Assembly: GCF_009914755.1 (NCBI RefSeq)
Contig: NC_060927.1
Source: the human T2T-CHM13v2.0 reference genome, Homo sapiens
Strand: one strand, 5' to 3'
DNA: 64,000 nt
A program made the translations under genes and the position numbers. The notes under the pieces are model-generated. The model was not told where the DNA came from. It saw only the letters and a program-made list of their open reading frames with translations, and did no database searches. Below are positions 1-15,282 of this stretch, piece by piece (the first letter of the stretch is position 1; each line of letters begins with the position of its first letter).

Positions 1-264
1 TAAGATCAAGATGCCAGCAGATTTGGTGTCTGGTGATGGCTTGTTCCTCATAAATGGTGCCTTTTATGTGTCCTCATGTGGTAGCAGGAACAAACAAGCT
101 CCCTGGGTCCTCTTTTATAATGGCACCAATCACATTCATGACGGTGAGGATTTTGCCCTCCTGACCTAATGACCTCCTAAAGGCCCCAACCTTAACACTC
201 TTGCATTGGGGATTAAGTTTCAACATATGAATCTGAGGGGAACACAAATATTCAGACCATAGCA
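1..264 (-). mobile_element. MaLR LTR fragment (MLT1A/MSTD-like), truncated by the window edge
   Basis: Contains aagatcaagatgccagcagatttggtgtctggtga and ends ...cacaaatattcagaccatagca, the reverse complement of the typical MaLR start tgctatggtctgaat. Confidence 0.75.
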
Positions 265-383
265 ACAGTGAAAGCTAGTGAACAAATTAAATGATATTTT
301 CTGACCTTAATTTACTTACAATTGTTTTAATTATCAAGAAATAATATTACCTACCTCATTTTTACATTTTAAAAATAATTGCC

Positions 384-701
<318 letters not shown>

Positions 702-1086
702 TTAATGAACTTTGAGCAGATGAAGTACAGGAATTCAGGACACAGTGATACTGAACAGAAGGTGTTTCAGATTGCACCTCATCCCATTTCATTACCTCAG
801 AATGTATTTAGTTTTTAAAATTATATTAATTACCATTACTAGACCTACAGTCTCTCGAATTGTATACAGGTTCTTTCACTTACTTAGCTTTAATGCATAG
901 AATCTAATCTCCAAAATTATCATTATACACTATTAAATAATATCATCATAATGATGGCACTCTCTCACCTTTCATTGAAATTTTTATTATGGCTTAAGTT
1001 TTTAAACGAATTATGAATGGCAGTACTCCTCAAAAACCAAGAGAATATCATTTTAGTTAACAAAACATTACAACATCAACTTCATT

Positions 1087-1101
1087 ACACTAGATGGCAG
1101 C
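1087..1101 (+). promoter_or_regulatory. Candidate CTCF motif
   Basis: ACACTAGATGGCAGC matches the CTCF core CCASYAGRKGGCRS at all but the first base; lies in non-repetitive sequence. Confidence 0.45.
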
Positions 1102-2018
1102 AAACAATGAGAAGGGCCAAATACATAAAAGGAAACACATGGGTACCACATAAATATTGAAACACTGGAGTGAGTAGAGGCAATAGTAATATCTGGGAAA
1201 GAGAAATAAAGCTTCATCTTCACTGACTCTTGAACATTTTTCAAGATTTGTCATTAATTATTTCTTTATCCAATAAACATTGATAGATTATTAAATGCAT
1301 TGACAGATTAAGTAACAAATACATTGACAATAAATTAAACATTGATAGATTATTAAACAAAGACTATAACGAAGTGCTATGAGAGTATTTCTTCTGCTGA
1401 TTTTATAATTCTCCGATAGCAAGTACGGACTTAATTTGTTGCTTTTGTACAGGCAAAAACTGTATTTTTGTCTTTGAAGACTCCATGTTTTCCCACACAA
1501 CTTTGATACATAGCAAGTCCTCAGATTTTACACTCAGCTACTTACTAGTCTCCAATCATAATAATACACTCTCATATCTCTGTAGTTTGCATATGTTATT
1601 TCTCACATGTGGAAAGATGCCCAACCTTATACACACACACACACACACACAAAACCACAAACACAGACACCATCCCTTTCAAGTTCTTTCTTTTTTGCCA
1701 AGCCTTCAGTGACCATCATAAGCATATCAGTGCTCCCATAACGTTCTGAAAATGCCTATATTAGTGATAGTTCCATGTAATAGCATATTTGACTGCCTCC
1801 TCCCCTAGACTTTCAGCAGTATGTCATATTTTGGTATAGCCACCACCCAGCATTTCTCTCACAGAGTAGGCTTTCTGTAACATTTTGTTCAGTGATTTAG
1901 GTGTGTTATAGAAAGTCAAGCTTCTGTGTTTGAGGTCTGATTATGACTCATAAATGTAGGTACCAATATCTTTTGGTGTGGTAGCATATTGATAAGACTT
2001 ATGAAACTGGCCAATAAA

Positions 2019-2222
2019 GGCTGGGTACAGTGGCTCATGCCTGTTATCCCAGCACTTTAGGAGACCAAGGCAGGAGGATCACTTGAACCCAGCAGGTCAA
2101 GGCTGCAGTAGCTATAATCACACCAGTGCACTCCAGCCTGGGTGACAGAGCAAGAACCTGTCAAGAAAGAAAAGAAAGAAAGAAAGGAAAAGAAAAGGAA
2201 AGGAAAAGAAAAGAAAAGAAAA
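2019..2222 (+). mobile_element. Old Alu monomer (FRAM/AluJ-like) with (GAAA)n tail
   Basis: ggctgggtacagtggctcatgcctg...cactccagcctgggtgacagagcaaga followed by a purine microsatellite. Confidence 0.8.
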
Positions 2223-2819
2223 CTTGTCAATAAGTCAGAAGCCCTTCCAAGACAGATCCAAAATTCATGATAACTCATTGTTATGTAATACTAATACTAC
2301 GGAGAAGTATAAAGTAGAGGAGAAGCAAAAAAAAAAAAGAGAGAGAGAGAGAGGTAGCATAAGGAAGAGAATAGTGGGGAGAAGAGAAGTTAGAAGGAGA
2401 AGAAGACAAAAAAAAAAGGCTAACAATGTTCCATGCACTATGCTAAGTACTTTATCTCATTAAATTGTTATAACAACCTTATGGTAGATATATAAATAAC
2501 CCCATTTTACAAAAGAGGCTCTTAAAGTTTAAGAAACTTACTCAAGGACACAGACAGTAGGTGATGGGGTTTACAAAGAGTCTATTGACCTTTATCTTTG
2601 TCTGAAAACTACCCTTCAACTAATTCCACATTCAGTCCACTTGTTAGATAAATAATATGTAGGTTTTCTAAATACACTCTTGTAACGTCTTGGTTTATCC
2701 ATCACACAGCTTTAGGACAGGAGAATTCAAGTGAAACAGTATAGAATCACCACTGAGTACTTCTAACTTACATTAGATTAGAAATATTTGTCAAAGATTA
2801 TGTGAATTAAGAAATTTGA

Positions 2820-3120
2820 GGCCGGGTGTAGTGGTTCACGCCTGTAATCCCAGCACTTTGGGAGGCTGAGGCGGGTGGATCACTTGAGACCAGGAGTTCG
2901 AGACCTGCCTGGCCAACATGGTGAGACTCTGCCTCTACTAAAAATACAAAAAATTAGCCAGGTGTGGTGGTGTACACCTGTAATCCCAGCTACTGCGTGG
3001 GCTGAGGTGGGAGAATCGCTTGAGCCGGAAGTGGAGGTTGCGGTGAGCCGAGATCATGCTACTGCCCTCCAGCGTGGGCGACAGAGCGAGACTCCGTCTC
3101 AAAAAAAAAAAAAAAAAAAA
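2820..3120 (+). mobile_element. AluS, full length
   Basis: Dimeric Alu with poly(A) tail and TSD aagaaatttga on both sides. Confidence 0.92.
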
Positions 3121-3225
3121 GGAAAGAAAGAAATTTGAGTGCCAATGATAGTTGATTAAATCAGGTTGACAGACTATGTTTAATGCTTCCCATGATTTAT
3201 AAGTGAGCAAAGCAAACCTCTAGAA

Positions 3226-3737
3226 CAGCAGTTCCCAACCTTTTTGACACCAGGGACAGGTTTTGTGGGAGACAATTTTTCCACAGACTGGGGTAGGGGT
3301 GATTTTGGAATGATTCAAGTGTATTACATTTATTGTGCACTTTATTTCTATTATTATTTCATTGTAATATATAATGAAATAATTATACAACTCGCCATAA
3401 TGTAGAATCAGTGGGAACCTTGAGCTTGTTTTCCTGCAACTAGACAGTCCCAACTGGGGGTGATGGGAGATAGTGACAGACCATCAGGCATTAGAATCTC
3501 ATAAGGCAGTGCAACCTAGATCCCTCGCATGCAGAATTCACAGTAGGGTTTGCACTCATATGAGAATCTAATGCCACCACTGATCTGACAGGAGGCAGAG
3601 GTCAGGTGTTAATATGAGCAATAGGGAGTAGCTGCAAATACACATGAAGCTTTGCTTGCTTACCCACCACTCGCTTCCTGCTGTGTGGCCTGGTTCTTAA
3701 CAGGCCACAGACTGGTACCAGGGGTTGAGGTCCCCTG
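3226..3737. mobile_element. MER1A (hAT-Charlie DNA transposon)
   Basis: Terminal inverted repeats cagcagttcccaacc / ggttgaggtcccctg; 8-bp TSD-like ctctagaa/ctctggag; about 510 bp. Confidence 0.85.
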
Positions 3738-4073
3738 CTCTGGAGTATATACATAATTATCTCTTTATAGGATATTTATCATTTACTCTGCTTTATTTTT
3801 CTTGATTTTCGTAGCTGACTTGGACATTTGTTTGCCTCCTCTCCCCACACCTCACTCCCAGAATCTGTATCCCCTTCCATCTTTTTGGCTTTTTGTCAGC
3901 TATCCTTAATATAAAAAAAAAAAAAATGAAATCCAAAAGAATTAGACAACGCAGTGAGCAAATGAAAACTTAAAATACACAAATAATGACTATTCATGTC
4001 CTGTGAAATAATAGACAATAGGATATCTGTGAAACAAGAGCAGGATGCTATAAGAACACTCAGAGGCAAAGTA

Positions 4074-4569
4074 TGTTAGTTATCTATTGCTGCATGACAA
4101 ATTACTTCAAAACTTAGCAGCTTACAACAAGTATTATCTCACATAGTTTCTGTGAGTCAAGAATCTGGGAGCAACCTAGCTAAATGGTTTGGAATCAGAG
4201 TCTCTCATAAAACTGCAGTCAAGCTGTCATCTGGGGCTGCAGTTTTCTGAAGATTTGGAGGACCCTCTTTAAGATGATTCATTACATGGCTGCTGGTAAG
4301 ATATCTCAGTTTAGCTACACAGACCTCTCCATAAGATTCTGGTGGGTTCTCATGACATAGTTACAGCAAGTAATCAAGAGAAAAAGCAATCAGAAAGCCA
4401 CAATGTCCTTTATAATCTAGTCCCCAAAGTCACACACCATCGCTTGCTCTTTTTCTAAAATTCATTAGAAGCAAGTTACTAATCTAGCCCATATGCAAGA
4501 AGAGGGTTATCAGGCAAAAGTTTTTTGATAGGAGCATCAGAAAATTTGTGGACATACTAAACCACCACA
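4074..4569 (-). mobile_element. MLT1 (MaLR) solo LTR, probably MLT1F-H class
   Basis: tgttagttatctattgctgc...aaattac...aaaacttagcagctta start and ...aaaccaccaca end are typical of antisense MLT1. Confidence 0.7.
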
Positions 4570-4807
4570 CAAGACAAAAAAAATTGCTCTAGGAAATGAT
4601 TATATATGTGATCAAAGCACGACCATCAAGATAAAAATTCAGTAGAAGTACTATCAGGTAAAGTTGAAAAAATTTGCCCAAAAGTCAAAGATGATTAATA
4701 TGAGAAAAAATGGCTCAAAAAATAGAGCTTTAATCCAGAAGTTCAAACACCCAAATTATTGGAATTTCAAGAAGAAAGAACAAAGAATATAAAAGTGGGA
4801 CATAATT

Positions 4808-5221
4808 GTATTAGGTTGTTCTTGCATTGCTATAAAGAAATACCCAAGGCTGGATAATTTATAAAATAAAGAGGTTTAATCGGCTGACAGTTCTTCAGAA
4901 AGTACAGGAAGCATGGTGCTGGCATCTGCTCAGCTTCAGGGGAGGCCTCAGGAAGCTTACAGTCATAATCATGGCAGAAGGCAAAGGGGGAGCAGATGTG
5001 TCACATGGCAAGAGCAGGAGCAAGAGAGAGGGTGAATGGGGGGAGAGGCCACACACGTTTAAACAACCAGATCTCATGAGGACTCACTATTGCAAGGACA
5101 GCACCAAGCCATGAGAAATCCACCCGCATGTCCCAAACACCTCCCATCAGGTTCCACCTCCAACGCTGGAGATTCTCATTTCAATGTGACATTCAGGTGA
5201 GACAAATATCCAAATTATATC
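4808..5221 (-). mobile_element. MSTA/MSTB (MaLR) solo LTR
   Basis: tgtattaggttgttcttgcattgctataaagaaatacc...ggggaggcctcaggaagcttac...caaatatccaaattatatc. Confidence 0.85.
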
Positions 5222-5452
5222 GATAATTAAAAGATTTTCCCAGAATTGAAGGACATAAACCTCCAGCTTCATAAAAGGATTCCCTCTTGCTGAGCACAAT
5301 GTATTAAAAAATGAGCCAGACCAAAACACAAAAACATCAGGAATAAAAAAGAGATACTAAAAGCTTCCAGAATAGAAAGACAAATATATACAAAAAACCA
5401 GGACAAAAATGATATAAAACTTCTCAACAACACTGCATCTAGAAAACAATGA

Positions 5453-5803
<351 letters not shown>

Positions 5804-5820
5804 TAATCAACTAAATGATT

Positions 5821-6544
5821 TGCTATGGACTGAATTATGACCCCCCAAAATTTGTATATTGAAGCCCTAACCCCCAGTGTGATGGTATATAGGGATGGTG
5901 TATTTGGGAGATAATTATGTTTAGAGGCCATGTGGGGGCCAGTGGCAGTGGCTTACACCTGTAATCTCAAAGCTTTGGGAGGCCAAGATGGGAGGAACAC
6001 TTGAGGCCTGGAGTTAGAGACCAGTCTGGACAACATAGTAAGACCCCATCTCTAAAAAAAAAAAAAAAAAAGAGTGGGGCATGGTGGGATGTGTCTGTAG
6101 TCCTGGCTACTTGAGAGGCTGACAGGCAGGGATCGCTTGAGCCCAGGAGTTTGAGGTTACATTGAGCTATCATCATGCCACTGTACTCCAGCTTGGGTGA
6201 CAGAACAAGACTCTAATAACAATAACAAAAAATAACAATACAAAAATAACAAAATACAAAATAATACAAAAATAACAATAACAAAAAAAGAGGTCATGAG
6301 AGTAGAAACCCCCATTATGGGATTTGTGTCCCTAGAAGAGATGTCAGAAAACTTACTCTGTTACTCTCCTCACCACATGAGGACACAGTAAGAAGGCAGC
6401 ACTCTGTAAGCTAGAAAGAGGGCCATCACCAGAAACCTGCCATATTAGCACTCGGACTTTCAGTCTCCAGAACTGTGAGAAATACATTTCTATTGTTTAA
6501 GTTACCCAGTTATGGTATTTTGTTATCATAGCCCAAGCAAAGAC
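5821..6544 (+). mobile_element. MLT1A-like MaLR LTR interrupted by an AluJ
   Basis: Starts tgctatggactgaat; resumes gaggtcatgag after the Alu; ends ...cagtctccagaactgtgagaaatacatttct...tatggtattttgttat. Confidence 0.78.
5936..6290 (+). mobile_element. AluJ with degenerate (AAT/AAC)-rich tail
   Basis: Diverged dimeric Alu; J-type cttgagcccaggagtttgaggttacattgagctat. Confidence 0.85.
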
Positions 6545-6920
6545 GGTATTAATTACTTGTGAGGGGTAAACAAAGAATGTTCAGACATGTAAGGTCTCAG
6601 AAATGTATGCCTCATGCTCTTTTAGGATGTTGTAGCTAATACGTGTTATTAAAATGAGGGAATAAAGAAAGAAGGAAAATGACATGAGATAAAATAAGCA
6701 GATTTGACACAGAAAATCCATAAAATCTCAATATAGGAACCATGCACTTGTGTTGTTTTAGACTGAAGTCAAAATTGGAGGAGAATATAAGGCTCTGGGG
6801 AAAAATGCATATGACATAAATTATCTAACAGGTTTCATCCTATATATAGTCGACTGAGTGTGGAAAGAATTAGCAATATATACATAAAAATGAAACAAAT
6901 GAAAAGATAGGATAATTTTA

Positions 6921-7090
<170 letters not shown>

Positions 7091-9659
7091 TATATGAAAA
7101 ATAAAATAACAATAATACTCTCTATGGCTCAAAGTAAATAATATTTACATAATTTAAATCAAGTTCTGACTAAGAAACTTTTAACACAGTAAACCTGGCC
7201 ATTCACCTGGAAAATTATTGTTATGAGTTTTTTGTTTTTATTACAATTTTCTAAGCAACATCTATCTAGGATCCAAATTCAATATATCTGAGGTGAGGAC
7301 TAAACATATTTATATTTTATTACATTCCTCAGGTATTTAAAAAATGTGACCAAGTTTGGAAACCATTATTCCAAAGAATTCTGAGGAGAGTGAGATAAAC
7401 ATCTTCATATTTAAGTATCACCTTTCCTTCATATTTAAATACCACCCTTCTCTAAAATTGTTAGACATGGTTTTCTAATATTTTTCAGTGAATAAATCTA
7501 CTTTTCCCCCCTAGGTCCCAGAATTATCCTCACTTTATGGAATCAAAGTGGAGGAAAGAGGAAAGAATTTGTAAAGCAAATCTTTAAATTTTGAGTTCCG
7601 TGTAATGCTCTTCTCATATTCATACACAGCGAATGGTAACCTGCTCTCTAGGAGTACTAAAGAAAATGAAAGGAAGTGACTTAAGCTACAGCAAAATAGC
7701 CTGAAAGTAAAGAAGTTTCCTGACATTGAAATTTGTTAAACACTAATGTGGGTGTCCAGAGATGTTATGAAATATTCACTTTGGAGAGTTTTTGGAAAAT
7801 GTCCCATCTGTAGGGGTTTAGAGAATTAAGCCTGAGGAAGATGACTGGGAAGATTGAAAACATTTACTCATTCATTTAGTAAGTACTAGTTGAGCTACTA
7901 TTAAGTACCTGGCACTGTTTTAGGTGTTGAGTATTTTAAGATAGGATTTTTCAAATGTATTTGATGATGGAATCCTCAAATGAAAGTGTACAATAAATCT
8001 CCATCAGAGGAATTTCGAATATATCATGTTTATTTGGATAAAAAGAAATAGAAAAAAATTCTCACAAACTAATTGCTGCAAGAAAATAAAATACATTAAC
8101 AAAATACATCAAGCTTAGAAAAACATCTTTAATCTCATGCTTTTGTTATAAAATGATATACATTTGCAAATTATGTTTATACACATTTTTATAGGAGAAT
8201 CAACTAAATTTTTTCAGAACTTGTGGGATTTCATCAAGGTGATCAGATACAAGATAAATATACAAATCAGTTTTATTTTCTGTAATCAGTTATAAAATGT
8301 AATGGAAATGTTGGAGTAGGGATCTGTTCCCTACAGCAACAAAGACAATGGAATATCTATTGATAAGATTATAAGAAACATATAAGCTCTATATAAAGGA
8401 CCTGGTAGTAATTTACTGAAATACATATCAAAGCACACTTAAAAAATGGAGAATTCCTAGAATGGAAAACTCAGTGTTGTAAAAACGTCTGTTCCCTGCA
8501 AATTAACCTATAGATTTAATGTAATTCTAAATAAATTCCCATATGTAGATGGGTAGATAAGCTGGTATAACATGGAAAACAGACTATAAAGTTCATTAGG
8601 AGAATAAAATACATTAAAATAGCCAGAAATAGATGCTACATCGACTACAGAAGTTTAATTTGTCTCCCTTTAGTCCCACCTAAAAATGGCATTAAATGTA
8701 TTTTTGAAAAGGATAAATTCACAAGGAAAATAAGGAAAATCGGGAACACCAACTTACAAAAGATGTCAACAAATTTTTGGAAGGTGGAAACAAGATGGAG
8801 AAATGACAACAGAGAAGAGGAGGATGCCGTAAGTTAACCACCAAAACGAAGCATATTGACTCACCTCACTTAACCCCTGGGAGGCTCAAAATATGGTTGA
8901 ACCAGGTGACCTAGTTCTGCAGATCCTAACAGCTGATCGCCCTCCAATGAAGGCTACTAGTCAGAGTACCACCCAGCTTTTTTGAAGCCTCATTATAAAA
9001 TATAAACTGATAGCCTGGGTCACCAGGCATTTGAGGAAAGCCCCTAACAATACAATACTCAAATAAAACAGCAGGGAAAATGGAAATCCAACCTAGATGA
9101 AAGAAAATGAACAAGACATCCAGACATTTTGTTATGCATATATGCAAAGAACACATTGCATAAATGATATACAAGATGTGATTTTTTAAAAAGTAACATT
9201 AAGAGAAAACATAGCTCTATAACATTAAAAGCATGGTCATAAAAATTCAAAATTTAATAGGGGTATTGGACTGATAAGTTCTAGATAGTACAGCAAAGAG
9301 AAGATTAAAGAGACAGACTGTAACACAGATAATATTAACAAAAATAAAAATGAATGACACAGGAGGTATAATATCTGACCAATGAGAATTCCAGAAAAAA
9401 GAAAATGGTAAAAAATAATGAAAATAAAACTTTCCAAAGGAGAAGAATCTCCATTTAAAAAATCAACTGAGCACTCAGTAGTATGAATAAAAAAAAGAAT
9501 ACACTAGTATCATTAAATTCCAGCATCAGAATCATGAAATTATGGTACACCTAGAATAGCATCTACTCTACTCTTTCAGAGGAAGAATAGAATACTCTAT
9601 GCTTCCAGAGGAAAATAGATCATTCTAAAATGATGACAACTGATTAAACAAGAATCATC

Positions 9660-10270
9660 AAAGAATCCTAAAACTAGCAGATGAAAGTAATTTAGGAACA
9701 GTATAATTACATAGTCAAGTATTTCCCCCATATATCACTTATTAATTACAAAAGGAAAAATAGTAACCTATAGTGGAGAAATTTGGCAAAAGCACCTAAA
9801 CCAAGTGATCAAAGTTAGTATCACAAATACTAGGGCAAACTGACGTTGTGTGCCTCTCAATGTGATGTTTTAAGAACAGATCAGCATTTATGTAGTATTC
9901 CTGCCAAAAGTATGTAAGCTGAACCCAAGCATGAGGAAATATCTGACAACTCCAAACTGAGGGATATTCTATAAAATAAATGGTCTGTGGTTTTCAAAAA
10001 TGTAAATGTCATGAAAGACAGAAAGTCTGAAGGACTGTTCTAGATTAAAGAAACATAAACACTTGGAAACTAAACGCAATGTGTGACCTTAGATTGGGTC
10101 ACAGATCATGATTTTTTTGATGTTTTAAAGGACATTACTAGAATAAATGATAGAATTTTAATAAAGATTGTAGAAAAAAGTACTATATCAATGTTAAATT
10201 TCCAGATTTTCATAATTGCACTGTTGTTATGTAAATGAGTATCTTTGTTCTTAGAAAATACACACTTTAA
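9660..10270 (+). mobile_element. Ancient L1 3' end (L1MC4-like)
   Basis: ttattaattacaaaaggaaaaatagtaacc...accaagtgatcaaagtta...gttcttagaaaatacacact resembles the L1MC 3' UTR. Confidence 0.6.
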
Positions 10271-10318
10271 TGGCTCAAAAAAAAGGACATTAAAATGGAA
10301 TCTAATTTCATAACAGTA

Positions 10319-10653
<335 letters not shown>

Positions 10654-10836
10654 TCATGCTTTTATAATTCAGGTCACGCTGTGCCACCAAATTAGTTCAG
10701 ATCATATAAGGTTTTGCCACTACATGATTTATGAAAAGAAAAAAACCTGTAGTTTTCGGAGCACTTGAGGTTTCTAAATTGTTGGTAAGAGACTGCAATA
10801 CACATGAGGAGGATTACCTGGCACAAAGGCAGGATA

Positions 10837-11135
10837 GGCCAGGCACAGTGGCTCATGTCTGTAATCCCAGCACTTCGGGAGGCTGAGGTGGGAAGGTTGC
10901 TTGAGGCCAGGAGTTTAAGACCAGCCTGGACAACATAGTGAGACCCCATCTCTACCAAAAAATTAAACAGCCAGGTGTGGTGGTGTTTGCCTGTAATCCC
11001 AGTGCTTTGGGAGGTCGTGGCGGGAAGATCACTTGAGCCCCGGGAGTCAAGGCTACAGTGAGCTATGATCACGCCACTGTACTCTAGCCGGGGTGACAGA
11101 GTGAGGATTACAGGCATGAGCCCCCACGCCCAGCC
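10837..11135 (+). mobile_element. AluJ lacking its tail, fused to 31 bp of an antisense Alu 5' end
   Basis: Sense Alu ends ...gggtgacagagtga (11104), directly followed by ggattacaggcatgagcccccacgcccagcc (11105-11135). Confidence 0.82.
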
Positions 11136-11241
11136 ACGCCTTGACCCTTAAATTGAAACGCTACTATTAATGTTCTATCCTTCAAGTGTGTAAGGGCAGA
11201 ACCATGGTTGATAGCCACTAATTTAACCAAGCAGTTTCAAT

Positions 11242-11425
11242 CTGTGGTTCTCAGAGTGTGGGGACCAGCAACATCAGCATCATGTAGAAACTTGTTAGAA
11301 ATGCAAATTTATAAATCCCTTCCCAGGACTACAGACTCGGAAACCTTGAGGGTAGAGTCCAGCAATCTGTGTTTTAGCAAGTCTTCACAGTGAGTCTGAA
11401 GCTCTCTAGAGTTTGAGATCCACTG
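11242..11425. mobile_element. MER5A (hAT-Charlie)
   Basis: ctgtggttctcagagtgtgg...cttgttagaaatgcaaat...ccagcaatctgtgttttagcaag...gtttgagatccactg. Confidence 0.8.
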
Positions 11426-11587
11426 GTCTAAGCTCTTACTTACATAAACAGTCTAAGATTGTATGATTGGAGGAAAGTTCAAGAATGTGTGTTCATGCAT
11501 TAATCACTTCCTAAAAACCACTAAACTGGCATTTATATAATCTTCCTGATCAGATAAAACATCTAAATACTTACACATAAAGACATC

Positions 11588-12161
11588 TGTGAAAGGAAAA
11601 TAAATCTTGGAACCCCAGACTCACTAAGCCTAAAGGAAAAGTCAAGCTGGGTCATGCAAACCTGCCTCCCATTTTGGCTCCTAAATAAGATGGCTACAAA
11701 GATGAAAAACTACACACCTCCCTCACACTTGGCCCATGAGGAAATCCTTGTGGGCCCCAAGATCTCTACCTTAAACCAGTTCCGGTGAAGCTCACCATGG
11801 TGATGTAAATTCATAGCTTATCTTCACAGGTGTGGGGACATAGGACAGAACTCAAAATCATCCCTCCGTTCACCTGAGACAAATGTATATCTCATTGCTT
11901 CTTCTGCTCTATTTGTCTATGTTGTCTTATGTAAAAATGCAGATTCACTAATCCAGACAAAGGCATAAATGACTGTTTTCCCACTTCTCACATGAAAATT
12001 GTGTATTTCCCAATATCCTGCCCTTTCCTCTTTAAATATTGAAGCCCTCAAAATCATCTTCAGAGAAAGGCATAGACCTGCCTCCCAGGCACACATCCTT
12101 AACTTTGGCAAATAAACCTAAAATGACTGAGACTTGCCTCGGTCATTTTTTTTGATTTACA
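11588..12161 (+). mobile_element. MER4-family ERV1 solo LTR
   Basis: TG...CA termini (tgtgaaaggaaaataaatcttgg...gatttaca); AATAAA at 12111; about 570 bp. Confidence 0.8.
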
Positions 12162-13100
12162 CAATAAAGGGAATACAGACTTAACAAAAAAATTCATTTT
12201 AAAATAAAGCAAAATAATTTCCCATATCTGAATTGTGACAAGAATTTGAATTTTTTTTCTGAAGAATGGCTTCAGAAAGGGAAAAGAAGTTCCCATATAA
12301 ATTTCAAGTTTCTCAACACTCCCAACTTAAAATATTTGTACACAGAAATCATTAACAGTTAATTCCTTGACATATTTCAGGTGTTATCTTCTCTTCCCTC
12401 AAGGGAAACGATGCATCAAACAGAACTGTGATTTTTCAGGGCTAACTGTACCTCCCTTGGTCTTACTTTACTCTTAAAGAAATATAAGAATGAAGTAAAT
12501 ACCAAGGTCGTGAAGGACAGGCTTAGTTAGGAACCAAGCTGTCTTCTTTCATCTTGAAATACTCATGCTACCTAAAAAAAGAGACACTTGAGTCATTTTT
12601 TAAAAATAAGACTTAAATGAATTAATCTTTGTTAAAGTAGCAAAGTATATGAGAAAATACTCACCAAGAAAATAGTGTTTCATGTATTTTTGGAATTAAA
12701 AAGGGACTTAGATTCTGAAATGTCAAGTGACTTTTATATGTTTTATTATTTTTTTAAAGAACTTGTGATTATGTCTTCTGAATAAGGCACAATGTGATCA
12801 GTCCACACAGGCATAAATTGACCAACAAAAACAAGTTCTTTCTCCATGTATCATAAATGGATCCATCTGGGGTGAACACGCTGGTTAATTAGGGGTTATG
12901 ACATTGAACAGGATATGTCATCAATGCAGAACTCTAAACAGGGATGGTAAATTCCACTACCCAGTAAAATTTCATGCATAAAAATAAAAAATGAATATGA
13001 ATTCATGGAATGAAAACCTGATGCACAGTACACGTTTTAAGTATAGTGTTGATGTGTTTCCATTCCTTCAGTGTATTTTTAAAAATTTGAATATACATAT

Positions 13101-13103
13101 ATA

Positions 13104-13145
<42 letters not shown>
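13101..13145. repeat. (AG)n microsatellite
   Basis: Direct read. Confidence 0.95.
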
Positions 13146-13147
<2 letters not shown>

Positions 13148-14650
13148 CAATAGAAGCTTTTAGTGAATGTTTAAGCTCTTTCCAAGTCAACATTTTGGGA
13201 AAGTTTTCAAAATCAAAAGGATTTTATTCTGCATTGTGACTATTATTTTTACCTATACTCCCAAAGTACATAAGAAATGAGTATTATTCTGACCTATACC
13301 CCACTTTCAGCATTGAACAGACAGAAAATCAACAAAGAAACATTGGACTTAATCTGTACCGTAGACCAAATGGACCTAATAGATATTTACAGAATATTCC
13401 ATCAAACAGCTACAGAATACACATTCTCTCAGTACATGGATCAAGGATAGACCATATGTCAGGCCATGAAACAAGTCTTAAAATATACAAAAAATTAAAA
13501 TAATTTCAACTAACCACAATGGAATAAAATTAGAAATCAATAACATGAGAAATGCTGGAAACTATATAAACATGTGAAAATTAAACAATATGCTCCTGAA
13601 TGACCAGCAGGTCAATGAAGAGATTAAGAAGGAAATTAGAAAAATGTCTTGACACAAACAACAATGGAAACACAACATACCACAACCCATGGGATATAGT
13701 GAAATTTATAGCTATAAGTGCCTACAACAAAAAAGAAAAAAAACTTCAAAAAAAAAAAAAACTAATGACGTATCTTAAAGAACTAGAAAAGCAAGAGCAA
13801 AGCAAACCCAAAATTATTAGAAGAAAAGAAATAATAAAGATCATGGCAGAAATAAATGAAATTGAAATGAAGAAAACAATACAAAAGATCAATGAATCAA
13901 AAGTTATTTTTTGTGTGGAAAAGAACAAAATTGACAAAACCTTTAGTGAGATTAACTAAAAAACAAAGAGAGAGGACCCAAATACATAAAATCTGAAATG
14001 AAAAAGGAGACACTGCAACTGATAACTGCAGAAAATCAAGGGATCATTTGTGGCTACTATGAGCAACTATAGGCCACTAAATTGAAAAACCTCAAATAAA
14101 TGGATAAATTCTTAGACACATACAGCCTATCAAGATTGAACCATGAAGGAATCTAAAACTTGAGCAGACTAATATCAAGTAACAAGATCAAAGTCATAAT
14201 AAAAAGTCACCCACCAAAGAAAACTCTAGGACCCAAGGGTTTCACTAATGAGTTTTACAAAACATTTAAAGAAGAACCAATGCCAGTGCTTCTCAAACTA
14301 TTCCAAAAAATAGAGGAGGATGGAACACTTCCAGATTCATTCTATGAGGCCAGTATTACCCTGACAACAAACCAGACAAAGACATATCAACAAAAGAAAA
14401 CCATAGGCCAATATCTCTGATATATATTGATACCAAAATCCTCAATAAAATGCTAGCAAACTGAATTCAACAACATATTAAAATGATCAGTCATCATAAC
14501 CAAGTGGGATTTTTCCCAGGGATGCAAGTATGGTTCAACACATGGAAATCAATCAATGTGCTACATCACATCAACAGAGTGAAGAACAAAAACCATATGA
14601 TCATTTCAATTAATGCTGAAAATGCATTAGATAAAATTCAACATCCCTGA

Positions 14651-14938
<288 letters not shown>

Positions 14939-15282
14939 AAAAACATCCATTCATGATAAAAAGCCTCAAAAAACTGGGTATAGAAGGAACATACTCCAAC
15001 ATAATAAAAGCCATATATCACAGAGCCATAGCTAGTATCATACTGAATGGGGAGAAATGGAAAGCCTTTCCTCTAAGATCTGAAACAAAACAAGGATGCC
15101 CACTTTTACCACTATCATTCTACATAGTACTAGAAGTCCTAGCTAGAGCAATCAGACAAGAGAAACAAAGAGCATCCAAATTGGAAAGGAAGATGTCAAA
15201 TTACCCTTGTTTACAGATGATATGATCTTATATGGGAAAAACCTAAAGAATCTACAAAAAAAACTATTAGAACTGGTAAATT

